NCBI GenBank assembly: GCA_009859145.1
Contig: VRVR01000009.1
Coordinates: forward strand, 355,468-419,467
From: Andalucia godoyi And28
Taxonomy: Eukaryota; Protista; Jakobida
Direction: 5' to 3'
Length of the DNA stretch: 64,000 bases
This document shows, piece after piece, positions 30,254 through 40,225 of this stretch. How positions within the stretch are numbered: the stretch's first letter is position 1; each line of letters begins with the position of its first letter. The notes under the pieces were generated by a model. It was not told where the DNA came from and searched no databases. It worked only from the letters and a program-made list of their open reading frames with translations. The position numbers were made by a program, and so were the translations under genes.

Positions 30254-33200
30254 ATGGTTCGGAAATCTCCACAATCATCTTCAGCTGCAACAGCTCCTGC
30301 ATCAGCTTCTGCACCAGTTTCTGCACCGGGTGCTGCATCAGATGAATCGAGCGCTCATTTCAGAAACACCACTAGCGCGGATGTTACCTCTCCAAACAAC
30401 CCGCTTCCGCTGCTCCGCCAATTCACCCAGGATGCGACGCAACTTCGACGCGACAACGGCGCAGTGCTGGACCATGGTAAAGAGACACAACTGCTGTCCA
30501 GATTGCTCCGAGAACTGGAGGTCTTTTTGCTGCAGCATTACAAGGCAAGTGGTGTGCCGGTGGTATTGGTGCAAGGATATCAGAGCTCGTCAAAGAGCAC
30601 TGTTGTGAATCGTTTGGCAGGAGAGCCGGTTCTTCCCATGGGGCAGGGTACGTGCACCAAGTTTCCAATTGTCTTAAGTCTGCAGTTTGAGGCTGGCGAT
30701 GACAACTCCTGGACCGCAAAGCTGCTGGCAGAACCGGACAAGCGCGTGCTAGAGGAATCGTCGCGATCAGGGGGTGTTGATCTTCTGCGCTGGCTGGAAG
30801 ACCACTCGGCCGGCAGAGATCTCCGTTTCGACCGAAGCGCACAGATCACGGTGCTGAAGCAAGATGAACGGCAGAGCGTCGTGGTCATCGACCATCCGGG
30901 ATTCTGCCAAAACTATCCGGAAGAAGCCCTCGAACTGTCGCAGAATTCCATTGACAAGCATTTCGGAGGCGGGTCCGAGGAAGAGAGCGACGCCATTCTT
31001 GTGCTTTGCCAACGAATCACCGGCGAAACGGGAGACTCGGGGTGGGACAATCTGGAGCAACTGGATCGCATTCCTGACGGCCGCCTCTTTGTCGCCGTCA
31101 CCATGATGGACACATTCAATCACGCGCAAGTGGCTGAGCGAGTGCGCGCCATCCGAAACCTGTCGCGAAACGACAGAGCGCAGCTCACTCAACTGGACAT
31201 CCTGCTGGCGCTTCAGGAGGAGATTCAGCGTGCAACGTCCAAACAAGACCCAGCGAAACGAGTGCTGCCCCGTGGCACGCGGTTCTTCTTTGTCGCGGGA
31301 TCCAAGGTTTCGTCAAAGGATTTGCTGTCAAACAAGCGGCAGACAACGTGGAGGACGTTCTTGGACAGCGAAGACGAGAGTCTCGCCAGCTTTCTGGACG
31401 AATTTTCGGATCAGTCGAAGTGGCTGGCAGAGTCCATCGAGTTGATTCCGATGACGAACGCGCAGCAGAAGGTATTTGACGAGATGGTTGGCATGGACTG
31501 CCTGGTCTCGGCCGTGCATGCAAAGCACATGGAAAGCGGGATCCGCACGGTTCGAAAGGTTGAGGGGTTCTTGCGGGCGCGACTGGAGGAATGCGAGTTC
31601 CAGGCAAGTGAACTGTATGCATGCAGCCAGTCCCTCCTGGACGTCTCTTCAACAGTGGTCGCCTTTTTGGAAGACTTTGCCGTGCAATTTCTCTCGTTGA
31701 GTCGAGAACAGCCGTTTGACGTGGAGACTGCAACGGTGATGCATTCGGCGCATCCTCTATCCACCGAAACAGAAGCCACGGTTCGACAGTACTTCGACCA
31801 TATTACGAAGTACCACGGATGGACAACCGAGCAGGAGATGGAACTCTGCAGAGAACACATTGGACTGGAGCCGGACAGCTTCCCTCCGTCCCGGTACATG
31901 GAGAATTCGAATGGCGTGAAAAAGATGACAGAAAGAATCGCGCGTTACGCCCGAAATGCGAAGAGCAACCTCTCCACGCTTCCAAGACTGAACCACCGCC
32001 ACGGGCAAGAGATGGCGATCCGACTGGTCCATGTGCATGTCCAAGATCTTGACATGGACCACATGCTGAAGAAAAGCCAACAGAACCCTGGGATGATCGG
32101 CGGAAATCTGACTGAAGTGCTTGCAGTGGTCGTGCAGCGGCAGTACGACGATATCTACCGCGGAGTGCCTCGCTCCGTTGCTGAAGGAATGGACTCACTG
32201 GCTGCTAACTCGAGTACCAACGGTGCTTCGACTTTCTTTGCAACACGCATGGCAACTCAGTCCTTGCTTCATGGACAGTCAGTCCTAAACTTGCTGCTCA
32301 TGGTGCCGAAGTATGCTGCACTCCTCGACCCTTCTGGAAGCGTTGCGTCCAAGATCAAGTCCACACGAGACACGCCAGTCTTCCTGGTCGAGCGCGTTGC
32401 TGAGTACTCAGGAGTGGGAGGTCGAGGTGGAGACCGTCTGCGTGAAAAGGCACTGCGAGATGCAAGAATGCGCAGGTCTCTTGAGGAACCAGACGTCGGA
32501 ACATTCGCAGACTTGCTGTCGAGCTATCAGAAACCAATGGCGAATGCATTCAACTGGTCTGGAGACTTTGCGAGCTTGCGGGAGATTGTGGAGCGAGTGG
32601 CGATCGCAATGTACTTCGACGCAAAGCTGCTGGGAATGAAAGAGCGACTGGAATCGCTGGGAGATTCATTTCGGGTGACCCTCTCGACGGTGAATCCGAC
32701 GCTGACCGCGTGTTCCTCATTGTTCATCCACCAGGACCCGGCTTTCCTCTCCGAATACCGACGTACGTTCCCCATGTCACACTTCGTTCGTGCGTTTCTC
32801 AGCAAGGGCGTCGACGGTGCAGACGATATTTCAATTCTGGAGGCACTGATTCAGGAGATCAAAGCAACTGGCGGCACGCTGCTGGACATGGATGAGCACG
32901 ACACTGATTCTATGTACAAGTACGCGGACAAGGATGCCGAGTTGTTTTTCAATCTTCCGAGAGCGGTGAGATTCTTGCTGTCTGCGACGCAGTGTCTGCC
33001 GGCGTTGGATCGCGACGCTCGTTCCAAGCTTGTTGCCATGTTACCACGAGCGCAATTTACGCCGGATTGCCCAGTTCCGCTGCAGAGCATCAGCGATGTC
33101 AACAGGTTTGACACTGCCTCGTTCAACCACGTCAACCGCAGGATCATCTCCACTTCGTTGTTTGAGTACCATTTGGCGGCATGCCGGATTGCTTCCATGG

Positions 33201-33763
33201 TGCTGTATGCCGACACTCATTCAGGCGGCACAAAACGCCGGGTGTTGGAAACGCTGGAAAGGGTGTTGTCCTTGTTGCTCGGATACCCGTATCCGTATTT
33301 GGAAAGCGAGCGGCCTCAGGAATTGTACTACCTGGAACCGGACAGCATCATCCGCTTCGTACACAAGCACATGAAAGAACTGATCGCTCTCTTCCACCGC
33401 AAGCCAAACGATGCTGTTGCAGCGTTGGGTGGCGACAAGCCGATGGTGCTTCGTTGCGCACTTTACGGCCAGTCTCCGTTGTTCCGCCATCTCGTTGGGC
33501 TGCTTGTGGATGCTCCGTCGACTGCAGACTTCCATGTTGAGATCAAGGGGCACTACAAGAGACTGGCTACCGAAGGAGAAAGACTCGGGTATGTCCGAGA
33601 ACTCGTGAAGTTTCTGCTTTCACAGTCGTTCAAGAAGCTGGATGCGCGCTCCGATGTTGAGAAGAAGATCGCCGTTCTTGAGTCTGAGCGGACAGTCTAC
33701 GCAGAGGCCAAACAATCCTTGGATCTGATGAGGCGCCGGTTGGACAACATGTTTGCTTCCTAA
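30254..33763 (+). CDS. Dynamin-superfamily GTPase, divergent P-loop
   Basis: G1 VQGYQSSSKS, G2 CTKFP, G3 VIDHPG, G4 VTMMD, followed by a long helical region. 1169 aa. Confidence 0.85.
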   Translation: MVRKSPQSSSAATAPASASAPVSAPGAASDESSAHFRNTTSADVTSPNNPLPLLRQFTQDATQLRRDNGAVLDHGKETQLLSRLLRELEVFLLQHYKASGVPVVLVQGYQSSSKSTVVNRLAGEPVLPMGQGTCTKFPIVLSLQFEAGDDNSWTAKLLAEPDKRVLEESSRSGGVDLLRWLEDHSAGRDLRFDRSAQITVLKQDERQSVVVIDHPGFCQNYPEEALELSQNSIDKHFGGGSEEESDAILVLCQRITGETGDSGWDNLEQLDRIPDGRLFVAVTMMDTFNHAQVAERVRAIRNLSRNDRAQLTQLDILLALQEEIQRATSKQDPAKRVLPRGTRFFFVAGSKVSSKDLLSNKRQTTWRTFLDSEDESLASFLDEFSDQSKWLAESIELIPMTNAQQKVFDEMVGMDCLVSAVHAKHMESGIRTVRKVEGFLRARLEECEFQASELYACSQSLLDVSSTVVAFLEDFAVQFLSLSREQPFDVETATVMHSAHPLSTETEATVRQYFDHITKYHGWTTEQEMELCREHIGLEPDSFPPSRYMENSNGVKKMTERIARYARNAKSNLSTLPRLNHRHGQEMAIRLVHVHVQDLDMDHMLKKSQQNPGMIGGNLTEVLAVVVQRQYDDIYRGVPRSVAEGMDSLAANSSTNGASTFFATRMATQSLLHGQSVLNLLLMVPKYAALLDPSGSVASKIKSTRDTPVFLVERVAEYSGVGGRGGDRLREKALRDARMRRSLEEPDVGTFADLLSSYQKPMANAFNWSGDFASLREIVERVAIAMYFDAKLLGMKERLESLGDSFRVTLSTVNPTLTACSSLFIHQDPAFLSEYRRTFPMSHFVRAFLSKGVDGADDISILEALIQEIKATGGTLLDMDEHDTDSMYKYADKDAELFFNLPRAVRFLLSATQCLPALDRDARSKLVAMLPRAQFTPDCPVPLQSISDVNRFDTASFNHVNRRIISTSLFEYHLAACRIASMVLYADTHSGGTKRRVLETLERVLSLLLGYPYPYLESERPQELYYLEPDSIIRFVHKHMKELIALFHRKPNDAVAALGGDKPMVLRCALYGQSPLFRHLVGLLVDAPSTADFHVEIKGHYKRLATEGERLGYVRELVKFLLSQSFKKLDARSDVEKKIAVLESERTVYAEAKQSLDLMRRRLDNMFAS

Positions 33764-33800
33764 TGTCTGCAAAACTATTTGCTTTCTTACATATCTGTGG

Positions 33801-33900
<100 letters not shown>

Positions 33901-34016
33901 TGTTTCGTAAATGCAACTTCATCGACCCTGAGCTCGCACCTTTTCGAAACAATCAAGTCGCTGAAAGACTTCTCTGAGAGATTACCCACAGGAAATACGC
34001 TCAACATCACAGCTTG

Positions 34017-35099
34017 TTACTGCGCCAAAGTAAATCCACAAGCTTCAACCACAGCACGTACGAAGGGAACACGCAGGACAGCAAGATCTTTTGAAAACAG
34101 TTCCAAAGACTTCCTAAGCGACAAATTTCTTCCAAATGTTCCAATTGGACAGATGCCATCATGGAAGACGTGTTCTGGCCCGGCCATCCACAACTGGCCA
34201 TCCGAAAACACACAGTCATTGCTGAATTCCTGCATATCCCACGGAAGGAACCCACCATTGGTGACAGCAGAGACATACATTCGAAACAATAATGACCCAT
34301 ACGTTTTGGGCATCCCGGAAACGGGGATTTCGGGATGATGCCCACAATTCCGCTGCAGTCTTCCGTTGATTCGAGACTCAATCACGCACCGAAAATTGGC
34401 CCGGGTGTCAAGATCGACTCCTTCAAACCAGGTGGAGGGAAGAAACACTCGCTGATAAAGGCCGAATGGATGAACGCGCTGAAGTTTCGTTCGAACATCA
34501 GGCTGCGATTCCAGCAGAGCCAGCACGCTTTCCGCACGAGAGGACATGTGGTCATTGAACGCTTCGGCGAAAACACGAAGGAGTTCAACGGTGCGACACG
34601 ATCGCTCGTATCCCAATTGCCGCAGCTCGACCTCCTCTTTCTCTTTCAGAAACGGCTTTGCAACGTTCATTTGGGCAAAACTGTCCTGCAACCAGTCAAT
34701 CGCCACAAAGCATTCTTTTTCGCTGCCCTTCTCCATATGCTCGTTTGCAATTGCGATCAAGCAATCCCTTTTGCCCCACTCTTCGTGAACAAACACCTGC
34801 TCAACACGTCCATTTTTCATATCCGCGTCATCCCAGTCGACTGGATCAATCTTTTCTTTCTGTTTAGATAATACTAGTCGACAAACGTGCTTTCTCCCAA
34901 CGAAGACGCGCCAAATTGAAGGATTTCGCAATTGCGGGCGATCGGGATCACGAAGATCATGCACGTCGACTGTAATGTCATCCAATGAACGAACTCCCAC
35001 GGCAGCATCACAACGATTCGAGTGATCCAGATTCTCGACTTGCGAACCCACGAAAAAATCTCTCGAGGCCGACCGCTGAACTCGGCAACGCCATAACAA
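34017..35099 (-). CDS. Hypothetical protein; probably the C-terminal part of the 36739 gene after a frameshift
   Basis: 360-codon open frame with no early ATG. It overlaps the upstream ORF by about 225 nt, and a T6 run at the junction would join the frames if it had one more T. Confidence 0.55.
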   Translation of the reverse strand: MLWRCRVQRSASRDFFVGSQVENLDHSNRCDAAVGVRSLDDITVDVHDLRDPDRPQLRNPSIWRVFVGRKHVCRLVLSKQKEKIDPVDWDDADMKNGRVEQVFVHEEWGKRDCLIAIANEHMEKGSEKECFVAIDWLQDSFAQMNVAKPFLKEKEEVELRQLGYERSCRTVELLRVFAEAFNDHMSSRAESVLALLESQPDVRTKLQRVHPFGLYQRVFLPSTWFEGVDLDTRANFRCVIESRINGRLQRNCGHHPEIPVSGMPKTYGSLLFRMYVSAVTNGGFLPWDMQEFSNDCVFSDGQLWMAGPEHVFHDGICPIGTFGRNLSLRKSLELFSKDLAVLRVPFVRAVVEACGFTLAQ

Positions 35100-36739
35100 A
35101 ACTTCATGTTCTCCAAAACCTCCGCAGGAAGACTCCCATCGGATCCCAGCCCCATGTCAGTCGCACGGGATGAACCGGAGGACAGGAACAGATCGGATGG
35201 AGACTGTGACTGCGTAAACGTGTTGTCCACAGGGTCGAAATACGCTCCCCAATGACGACGATTGTAGAGAAGGTCAGCGGCCATTGGAACCAAGTCATGA
35301 ATTAACAATAGCAACTTTCCGGCAGCATCGTGGTCTTCGGGGCCATTTCGGCGCCGATAGGCAATCCACAAGTGAAATCCTGCTCGCACCGCTTCCCACC
35401 ACGTTTCCGGACTTTGCTTCTGACTGCTGTGCAACAGACCATCGAGGCCGAACCCTGTTCTTGCAAGCTCCAGTGCAACAATCGCTCGATCCAAGTATGC
35501 AGCCTCACCAGTCGCTTCGTGGAGCAAAAGCAGTGTTTCTCCGAGCCAGCGCCGATGACGAGACGCGAACAGGGCCACTGGCGTGAGAATCGCAGCTCGC
35601 TCAAACCATGTGACGCACTGAAGCAAAATCTCGATGCGTCTGTGCATGGCACGGTTCGACAACGAGGATGCCTGCGCAAGACCGATTTGGCCAAGGACCA
35701 TGAGGCTCATGCCAAGACCTTTAACATCTGGCGACGGTCGCACCATGACGTACTTGTCGATGGAGCAGCGTACACTTTGATCTGCACTGCGAATCCGGCC
35801 CAACGAAAGACAGCACTGCGCTGCTATTTGATGAAGCGTGCCAAGCGCATCGCATTGCGCTTCCAGTGAAGGATCCAGAATCATCTTCGTCACACGCCGC
35901 AACACTCTCGCATACTGTCCTCGAGCGAATTGCGACCGAACAATGCGAATCCGCAGCTGAAAAGGCAGCCCCCGCAAGAGGATCTCGTACCGCGCCTCAT
36001 TGGCCTTCTTCAGAGCCTCCGACATCAAAGCAGGATCGGAGACGTCCTCCATGTCCGCATCATAGTCGTCTTTCAACGGATCTTCTATGGGCACCCCGAT
36101 CAGCTTCTTGATCTCATCTTCTATCGAGCTGGCGGAGTTCAACCGCGCCCACGAACGATCAATTAACGCCAAAGCACTCATCGCGCATTTTGTGAGCTCG
36201 GCGTCCTTCTCGGCATCCGCTGGCGATGACGATGAAAGATTGTCACCGTGTCGCAGCCGGCTTCGTTCTTGCAGCAGGTCGCCGTACCGATCATACGTCA
36301 TCTGCAAAATCGTCTTTCCAGTCGAGTTGTCAAGTGTCGACAGCAGGGCGTCAAGCGTCAGCACGGGCGATGACGATGGTGATGATGATGATGATGATGC
36401 ACTGCTCTGCGGCGAAGGGCCAACGAGCAGGTGCATCAACGACTGCTGGATAAAGGCAAAGTCGTGATCGTCCAGCGGCGAAAAGTTGCGTGGACGAATG
36501 GAAGACAGATACGTCTCGAACTCACAGGTGAATGCTGCGTTCGACACATACTGAGTCGGCTCCGGCACAAATGCCACTTCGCTGTTGTACACGCGTCCAG
36601 CAATGTGCACTATGCTCGAGCGATCCGCAGTCGCACGCGGGAAGCGCTCGGCAACAAGGGCCGCAATCCGTTGGCCGAGCACCTTGACCCCGGCACTCCA
36701 TGACGTGTTGTTGGTGGTGTTGTTGCTGTTGCTGTGCAT
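34874..36739 (-). CDS. TPR-like alpha-solenoid protein
   Basis: 621-aa ORF with helical repeats such as LHQIAAQCCLSLGRIRSA, WLGETLLLLHEATGEAAYLDRAI and GFHLWIAYRRR. Confidence 0.65.
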   Translation of the reverse strand: MHSNSNNTTNNTSWSAGVKVLGQRIAALVAERFPRATADRSSIVHIAGRVYNSEVAFVPEPTQYVSNAAFTCEFETYLSSIRPRNFSPLDDHDFAFIQQSLMHLLVGPSPQSSASSSSSSPSSSPVLTLDALLSTLDNSTGKTILQMTYDRYGDLLQERSRLRHGDNLSSSSPADAEKDAELTKCAMSALALIDRSWARLNSASSIEDEIKKLIGVPIEDPLKDDYDADMEDVSDPALMSEALKKANEARYEILLRGLPFQLRIRIVRSQFARGQYARVLRRVTKMILDPSLEAQCDALGTLHQIAAQCCLSLGRIRSADQSVRCSIDKYVMVRPSPDVKGLGMSLMVLGQIGLAQASSLSNRAMHRRIEILLQCVTWFERAAILTPVALFASRHRRWLGETLLLLHEATGEAAYLDRAIVALELARTGFGLDGLLHSSQKQSPETWWEAVRAGFHLWIAYRRRNGPEDHDAAGKLLLLIHDLVPMAADLLYNRRHWGAYFDPVDNTFTQSQSPSDLFLSSGSSRATDMGLGSDGSLPAEVLENMKFCYGVAEFSGRPREIFSWVRKSRIWITRIVVMLPWEFVHWMTLQSTCMIFVIPIARNCEILQFGASSLGESTFVD

Positions 36740-36785
36740 GGTCCATACACTGCATACACTGCACAGAAAAGGAATACACAGAGCT

Positions 36786-36875
36786 TCCCGACATTCGATA
36801 AGCGGGGAATTCCGCCATTCCAGGCACTCTCGATCCCGATTCCCGAATGGTGAATTCCCGATCTCGAATTCTCGA
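36786..36875. promoter_or_regulatory. Cluster of seven TCYCGA motifs in a divergent intergenic region
   Basis: Copies start at 36786, 36828, 36834, 36841, 36856, 36862 and 36870, between head-to-head genes starting at 36739 and 37093. The motif is seen; the function is inferred. Confidence 0.45.
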
Positions 36876-37092
36876 TTTCGGATCCCGTGCGGCGTGCTTG
36901 GCTGCTTGCTCTTCCGTCAGCCCTTTTGCACGGTCGACTTCTAGTGGTCGATCTGTGTCGACATCGGCGCACCCCCGCTTCAGAGAGAGAGTTTTTTTTT
37001 GCTGTCGAGACCCGACTCCCGAGTGACGAATGACGAGAGTCGATTGAGCGATTGAAGTCGATGCAGGTTTCGGGGGTAGGTCGGTAGGGGCG

Positions 37093-38748
37093 ATGGCAGC
37101 GCACGGTTGCAAGTGTCCAGAGCGATTGGCTGCCAGTGCCTTCCATGATCGCAATGCATTGTTTGTGACGATCACACTCGACTTGTCTCGCATTGTCGCG
37201 TCTCCACGTGCGTCCATGCAGGTTACGGTTGACGTTCTTGACATGCTGTCCAGGACGCACGATGACAATACCGTGCGGCTGTTCTCGGTGGATGATGCAT
37301 GCCTGGAAATGGGAATCTCTTTCGACGACCCGTGTCGTCTGAGAACCGTGATCGTGTGCTACCATGCTCCGTTGCATCTGTTCTTCCTTTCGCACGTTTC
37401 GTCGTCGTCGAAGGATTTGTATGTGACCATGCATGACGGCGGACAGCAGTCTGCAGATGTGCAACAAGAAGAGAAGAGGATCTGGCTAGGTCGCAAGCGT
37501 CACGTCAATTGTCCATCGATGCTCGGCTCATTTTCCGTGCAACAGAGTGTCGAGATTGCGGGCGATTGCACGTTGTGGCAACGGATGCGCACTCGCACAG
37601 CCCGCTCGACAGAAGCTTCTGCGATTGAAAATGATGTTCGAGTGATGGAAATTACGTTTTCGAGGAATCCTCGCGAACGGACGCTGCTTGCGATTCCCGG
37701 CAGTTCCAAAGAAGAAGAAGAAGAAGAAGAAGCAGCGGCGGCGGCGGCTTCCAACAGTGCGTGGTCTTTGGTCCTATCCATCACAGAATTCAACGATGAC
37801 TGTCGTTCGCGAGAGGAGTTGCCTGCAGGCTCGAGTTCCGATACGGTGCATCGCGGTCGCCGTGGAAGAAAGATCTCCAATGATGGTGCAGAGAACGATG
37901 CGCAAGTTTCCTCCCATTCTGTGAGACATTCGCACGAAATGTCCGTGTCCCCAGACTCTGCTGTGGTCCTTGGCCGGCAGCATTTCAATGCACTGTCGCT
38001 CGCAAAGACATTTCCATTGTGGAGCGCTGCGGCGAATCGCTTGTCTCGCTTCCAGCTGCTGCGTCCCAAAGGCGGCCCTGCAATGGCACAACGACCAGTC
38101 GAGCTCTGTGACATCCGAGGACATTTGTTGTTTTGGTGGCAGGTGTCCGATGAAAGCGAGGTGTGCAACGGCCGGTCGTCGTTCCTCTACGTGCATAACC
38201 TGGCGTCAAAGTCGCCAACCGTCTTCTTTTTCGATGTTGCGCACTACTTGATGTTTGCGAAGCACATGTCGCTCGGAAATGACCCCGACCGCTCCATGTC
38301 GTGGAACGACGTGACGTATCAAATAGAGATTTCGGATCCGCGACGCGACGGGCTGCAGACCGGCACATGTTGCTCACGCGATAACCTCGTGTTCGAGTTC
38401 GTGGTCATTCCTCCTCGAGGATCTGACGGCGGTCTGGGTTCTCGCAGCGCTCCTGTCATTATGGGGTTTCATATGGACCGAAAGGACCGACCATCCGATG
38501 GGCCTGCGTTTCCAGCTGATTTGCAATGCATTCGAAAAACGATTGCGCGCAATCGAGGCAGGATGACTGTCGCTCCGAATGCAGTATTCCTAGACAGCAG
38601 TCTCTTCTCTTGCTGCTGCTCACCGGTGTTTGCTTCCGGGTACCACTGCTCTGCAGCCTGTGATAATCCTTCGTTTCGGGATCAGTGGCTTGATTTCTCG
38701 ATCCTTGTCAAGGCGCAGCGAGCAAAATCAAAACAACGAAAATCGTGA
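37093..38748 (+). CDS. Hypothetical protein, paralogue of the 42082-40226 gene
   Basis: Shares GDCTxWQ, LSITEF, VLGRQHFNA, GHLL, YxHN and DVxHYxMF with the 40226 ORF. Confidence 0.8.
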   Translation: MAAHGCKCPERLAASAFHDRNALFVTITLDLSRIVASPRASMQVTVDVLDMLSRTHDDNTVRLFSVDDACLEMGISFDDPCRLRTVIVCYHAPLHLFFLSHVSSSSKDLYVTMHDGGQQSADVQQEEKRIWLGRKRHVNCPSMLGSFSVQQSVEIAGDCTLWQRMRTRTARSTEASAIENDVRVMEITFSRNPRERTLLAIPGSSKEEEEEEEAAAAAASNSAWSLVLSITEFNDDCRSREELPAGSSSDTVHRGRRGRKISNDGAENDAQVSSHSVRHSHEMSVSPDSAVVLGRQHFNALSLAKTFPLWSAAANRLSRFQLLRPKGGPAMAQRPVELCDIRGHLLFWWQVSDESEVCNGRSSFLYVHNLASKSPTVFFFDVAHYLMFAKHMSLGNDPDRSMSWNDVTYQIEISDPRRDGLQTGTCCSRDNLVFEFVVIPPRGSDGGLGSRSAPVIMGFHMDRKDRPSDGPAFPADLQCIRKTIARNRGRMTVAPNAVFLDSSLFSCCCSPVFASGYHCSAACDNPSFRDQWLDFSILVKAQRAKSKQRKS

Positions 38749-39060
38749 ATGGCTGTTTTCCGTCCGCCAGAGCACCTCAGAATCGTCAGCGTGCTGCTCG
38801 CGGTTCTGCCCATACCCGCACCTCGTGTGCTCTGTTCTGGTCGGGTCCGTCGCGGTTCTGCTTGGATGCCATGTCGCGCCGATAGCTGCGTCCTGCAGTC
38901 GTGCCGTCCGGCCCCCCGGCGATGCATTTTTTTGTTTTTGTTTTTTTTGTTTCTTCTTCTTCGTCGTCGGCAACACACACCTCGGGAGATTTACTTTCTC
39001 TTTTCTGTTCTTTTTTGTTTGCGTCTTCTTTGTTCATTGTTTTTGCTCATCGTCGTGAAC

Positions 39061-40098
39061 ATGAGTTCGACAGTTCCAGTGGAGTGGAAATTCAAGAATC
39101 AAAATCCCAAGAATGCCATCTTGAAGCAAGAAGAGAAGATGAAGATGAAGATGAAGATGACGAAGAAGATGCTCGAACAACAGCCAGTGCCCCAGGACGG
39201 AGGGCAGTTGTTCGCCGGACGCAATGATGAGGATGTTGACATGCTGATTCCAATTCCTTCCTTGAGCGCCGATGAGACGGCATTCTGTTCAACCCCGGTT
39301 GGCTCTGCTGTCGCTCACGCCACCCTTGCTAGCACCGGCCAGTTGATGACTCCGGGGTATGTGTACGATACCGCTGGTGATCCTGGTGATATTTGCGATG
39401 CGCTTCTGCCATTCGAGCCGGCTACTGGCAATGCGGCTGTGTTCGGAAACGTGACTCGCGACGCATCTGAGCCTCCTTTTTCGCTTCTGAACCCAGTGGA
39501 CGAATGGTCTCCCTCTGTTGCATCGCCGATTTCCCTCTGTTCTACTTCTCTTCCGTCTGATGATTTCCATCCTGGTGGCTACGATGGAATGGACTTCGAA
39601 TGGGGCATCAGCGGCCTAATGCGAGGAGTGGCGGACCGAGAAGGAAACGATCGTCTTGCAGCGCCTGCTTCGAAGCAACATGCTCGCATACCGTACGTTG
39701 CGGAGTTGGCACCCATTCTCGGCAAGGATGCTCCGATGTTTGAGAAACCCCATCGAGAACCTGCAACTGAATTCTTTCAGAAGAGAATGGGACTGATGAA
39801 TGACGACAACCAGCAGGATGATCGTCCTCCTTTCTTCTTTTGGATCTCAGTCTTACTTCAGATGCCGGACACGAGTGTCTTCTGCGTGTCACAGAACGAA
39901 GAGCAGCCCGGCATCGTGGATGTGATGCACAAGTCACTGCTTGACATTATGCATCCCTGTCGGTGTCGCGCATGGTCGAATGCCGTGAATCTTGTTCGAT
40001 TGGATCTGCTCGAATTCGCGGAATACATCAACCATCATGTTCGACATCGTAACTGGGTGCACTACACAGGCAGCGCTGATTTTCGTTTCGATTTGTAA
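39061..40098 (+). CDS. Hypothetical protein, WxHxTGS family member 2
   Basis: Likely start is ATG 39061 (MSSTVPVEW); the longer ORF's N-terminus runs through T-rich intergenic DNA. It ends MHKSLLDIM...YINHHVRHRNWVHYTGS. Confidence 0.7.
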   Translation: MSSTVPVEWKFKNQNPKNAILKQEEKMKMKMKMTKKMLEQQPVPQDGGQLFAGRNDEDVDMLIPIPSLSADETAFCSTPVGSAVAHATLASTGQLMTPGYVYDTAGDPGDICDALLPFEPATGNAAVFGNVTRDASEPPFSLLNPVDEWSPSVASPISLCSTSLPSDDFHPGGYDGMDFEWGISGLMRGVADREGNDRLAAPASKQHARIPYVAELAPILGKDAPMFEKPHREPATEFFQKRMGLMNDDNQQDDRPPFFFWISVLLQMPDTSVFCVSQNEEQPGIVDVMHKSLLDIMHPCRCRAWSNAVNLVRLDLLEFAEYINHHVRHRNWVHYTGSADFRFDL

Positions 40099-40225
40099 TG
40101 TGGGATAGGTTCGTAAAACCACCTTGATGTTTGTGTTTTCTTTTGTCGGTGCGTCGTTGTTGACAATACGAAAGCAATGTGCCACCCTGACGACATCACT
40201 GACAAACAGCATTTGGAGGAATTCC

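Noticed and set aside
29719-30345. ORFs with CVCV/HTHT/ERT repeats
   Set aside because: These are translations of the (CA)n and 9-mer repeats in intergenic DNA.
38743-38760. TGA immediately followed by ATG (38748/38749) as translational coupling
   Set aside because: The first 104 codons run through T-rich low-complexity DNA typical of intergenic regions here; ATG 39061 is the more plausible start.
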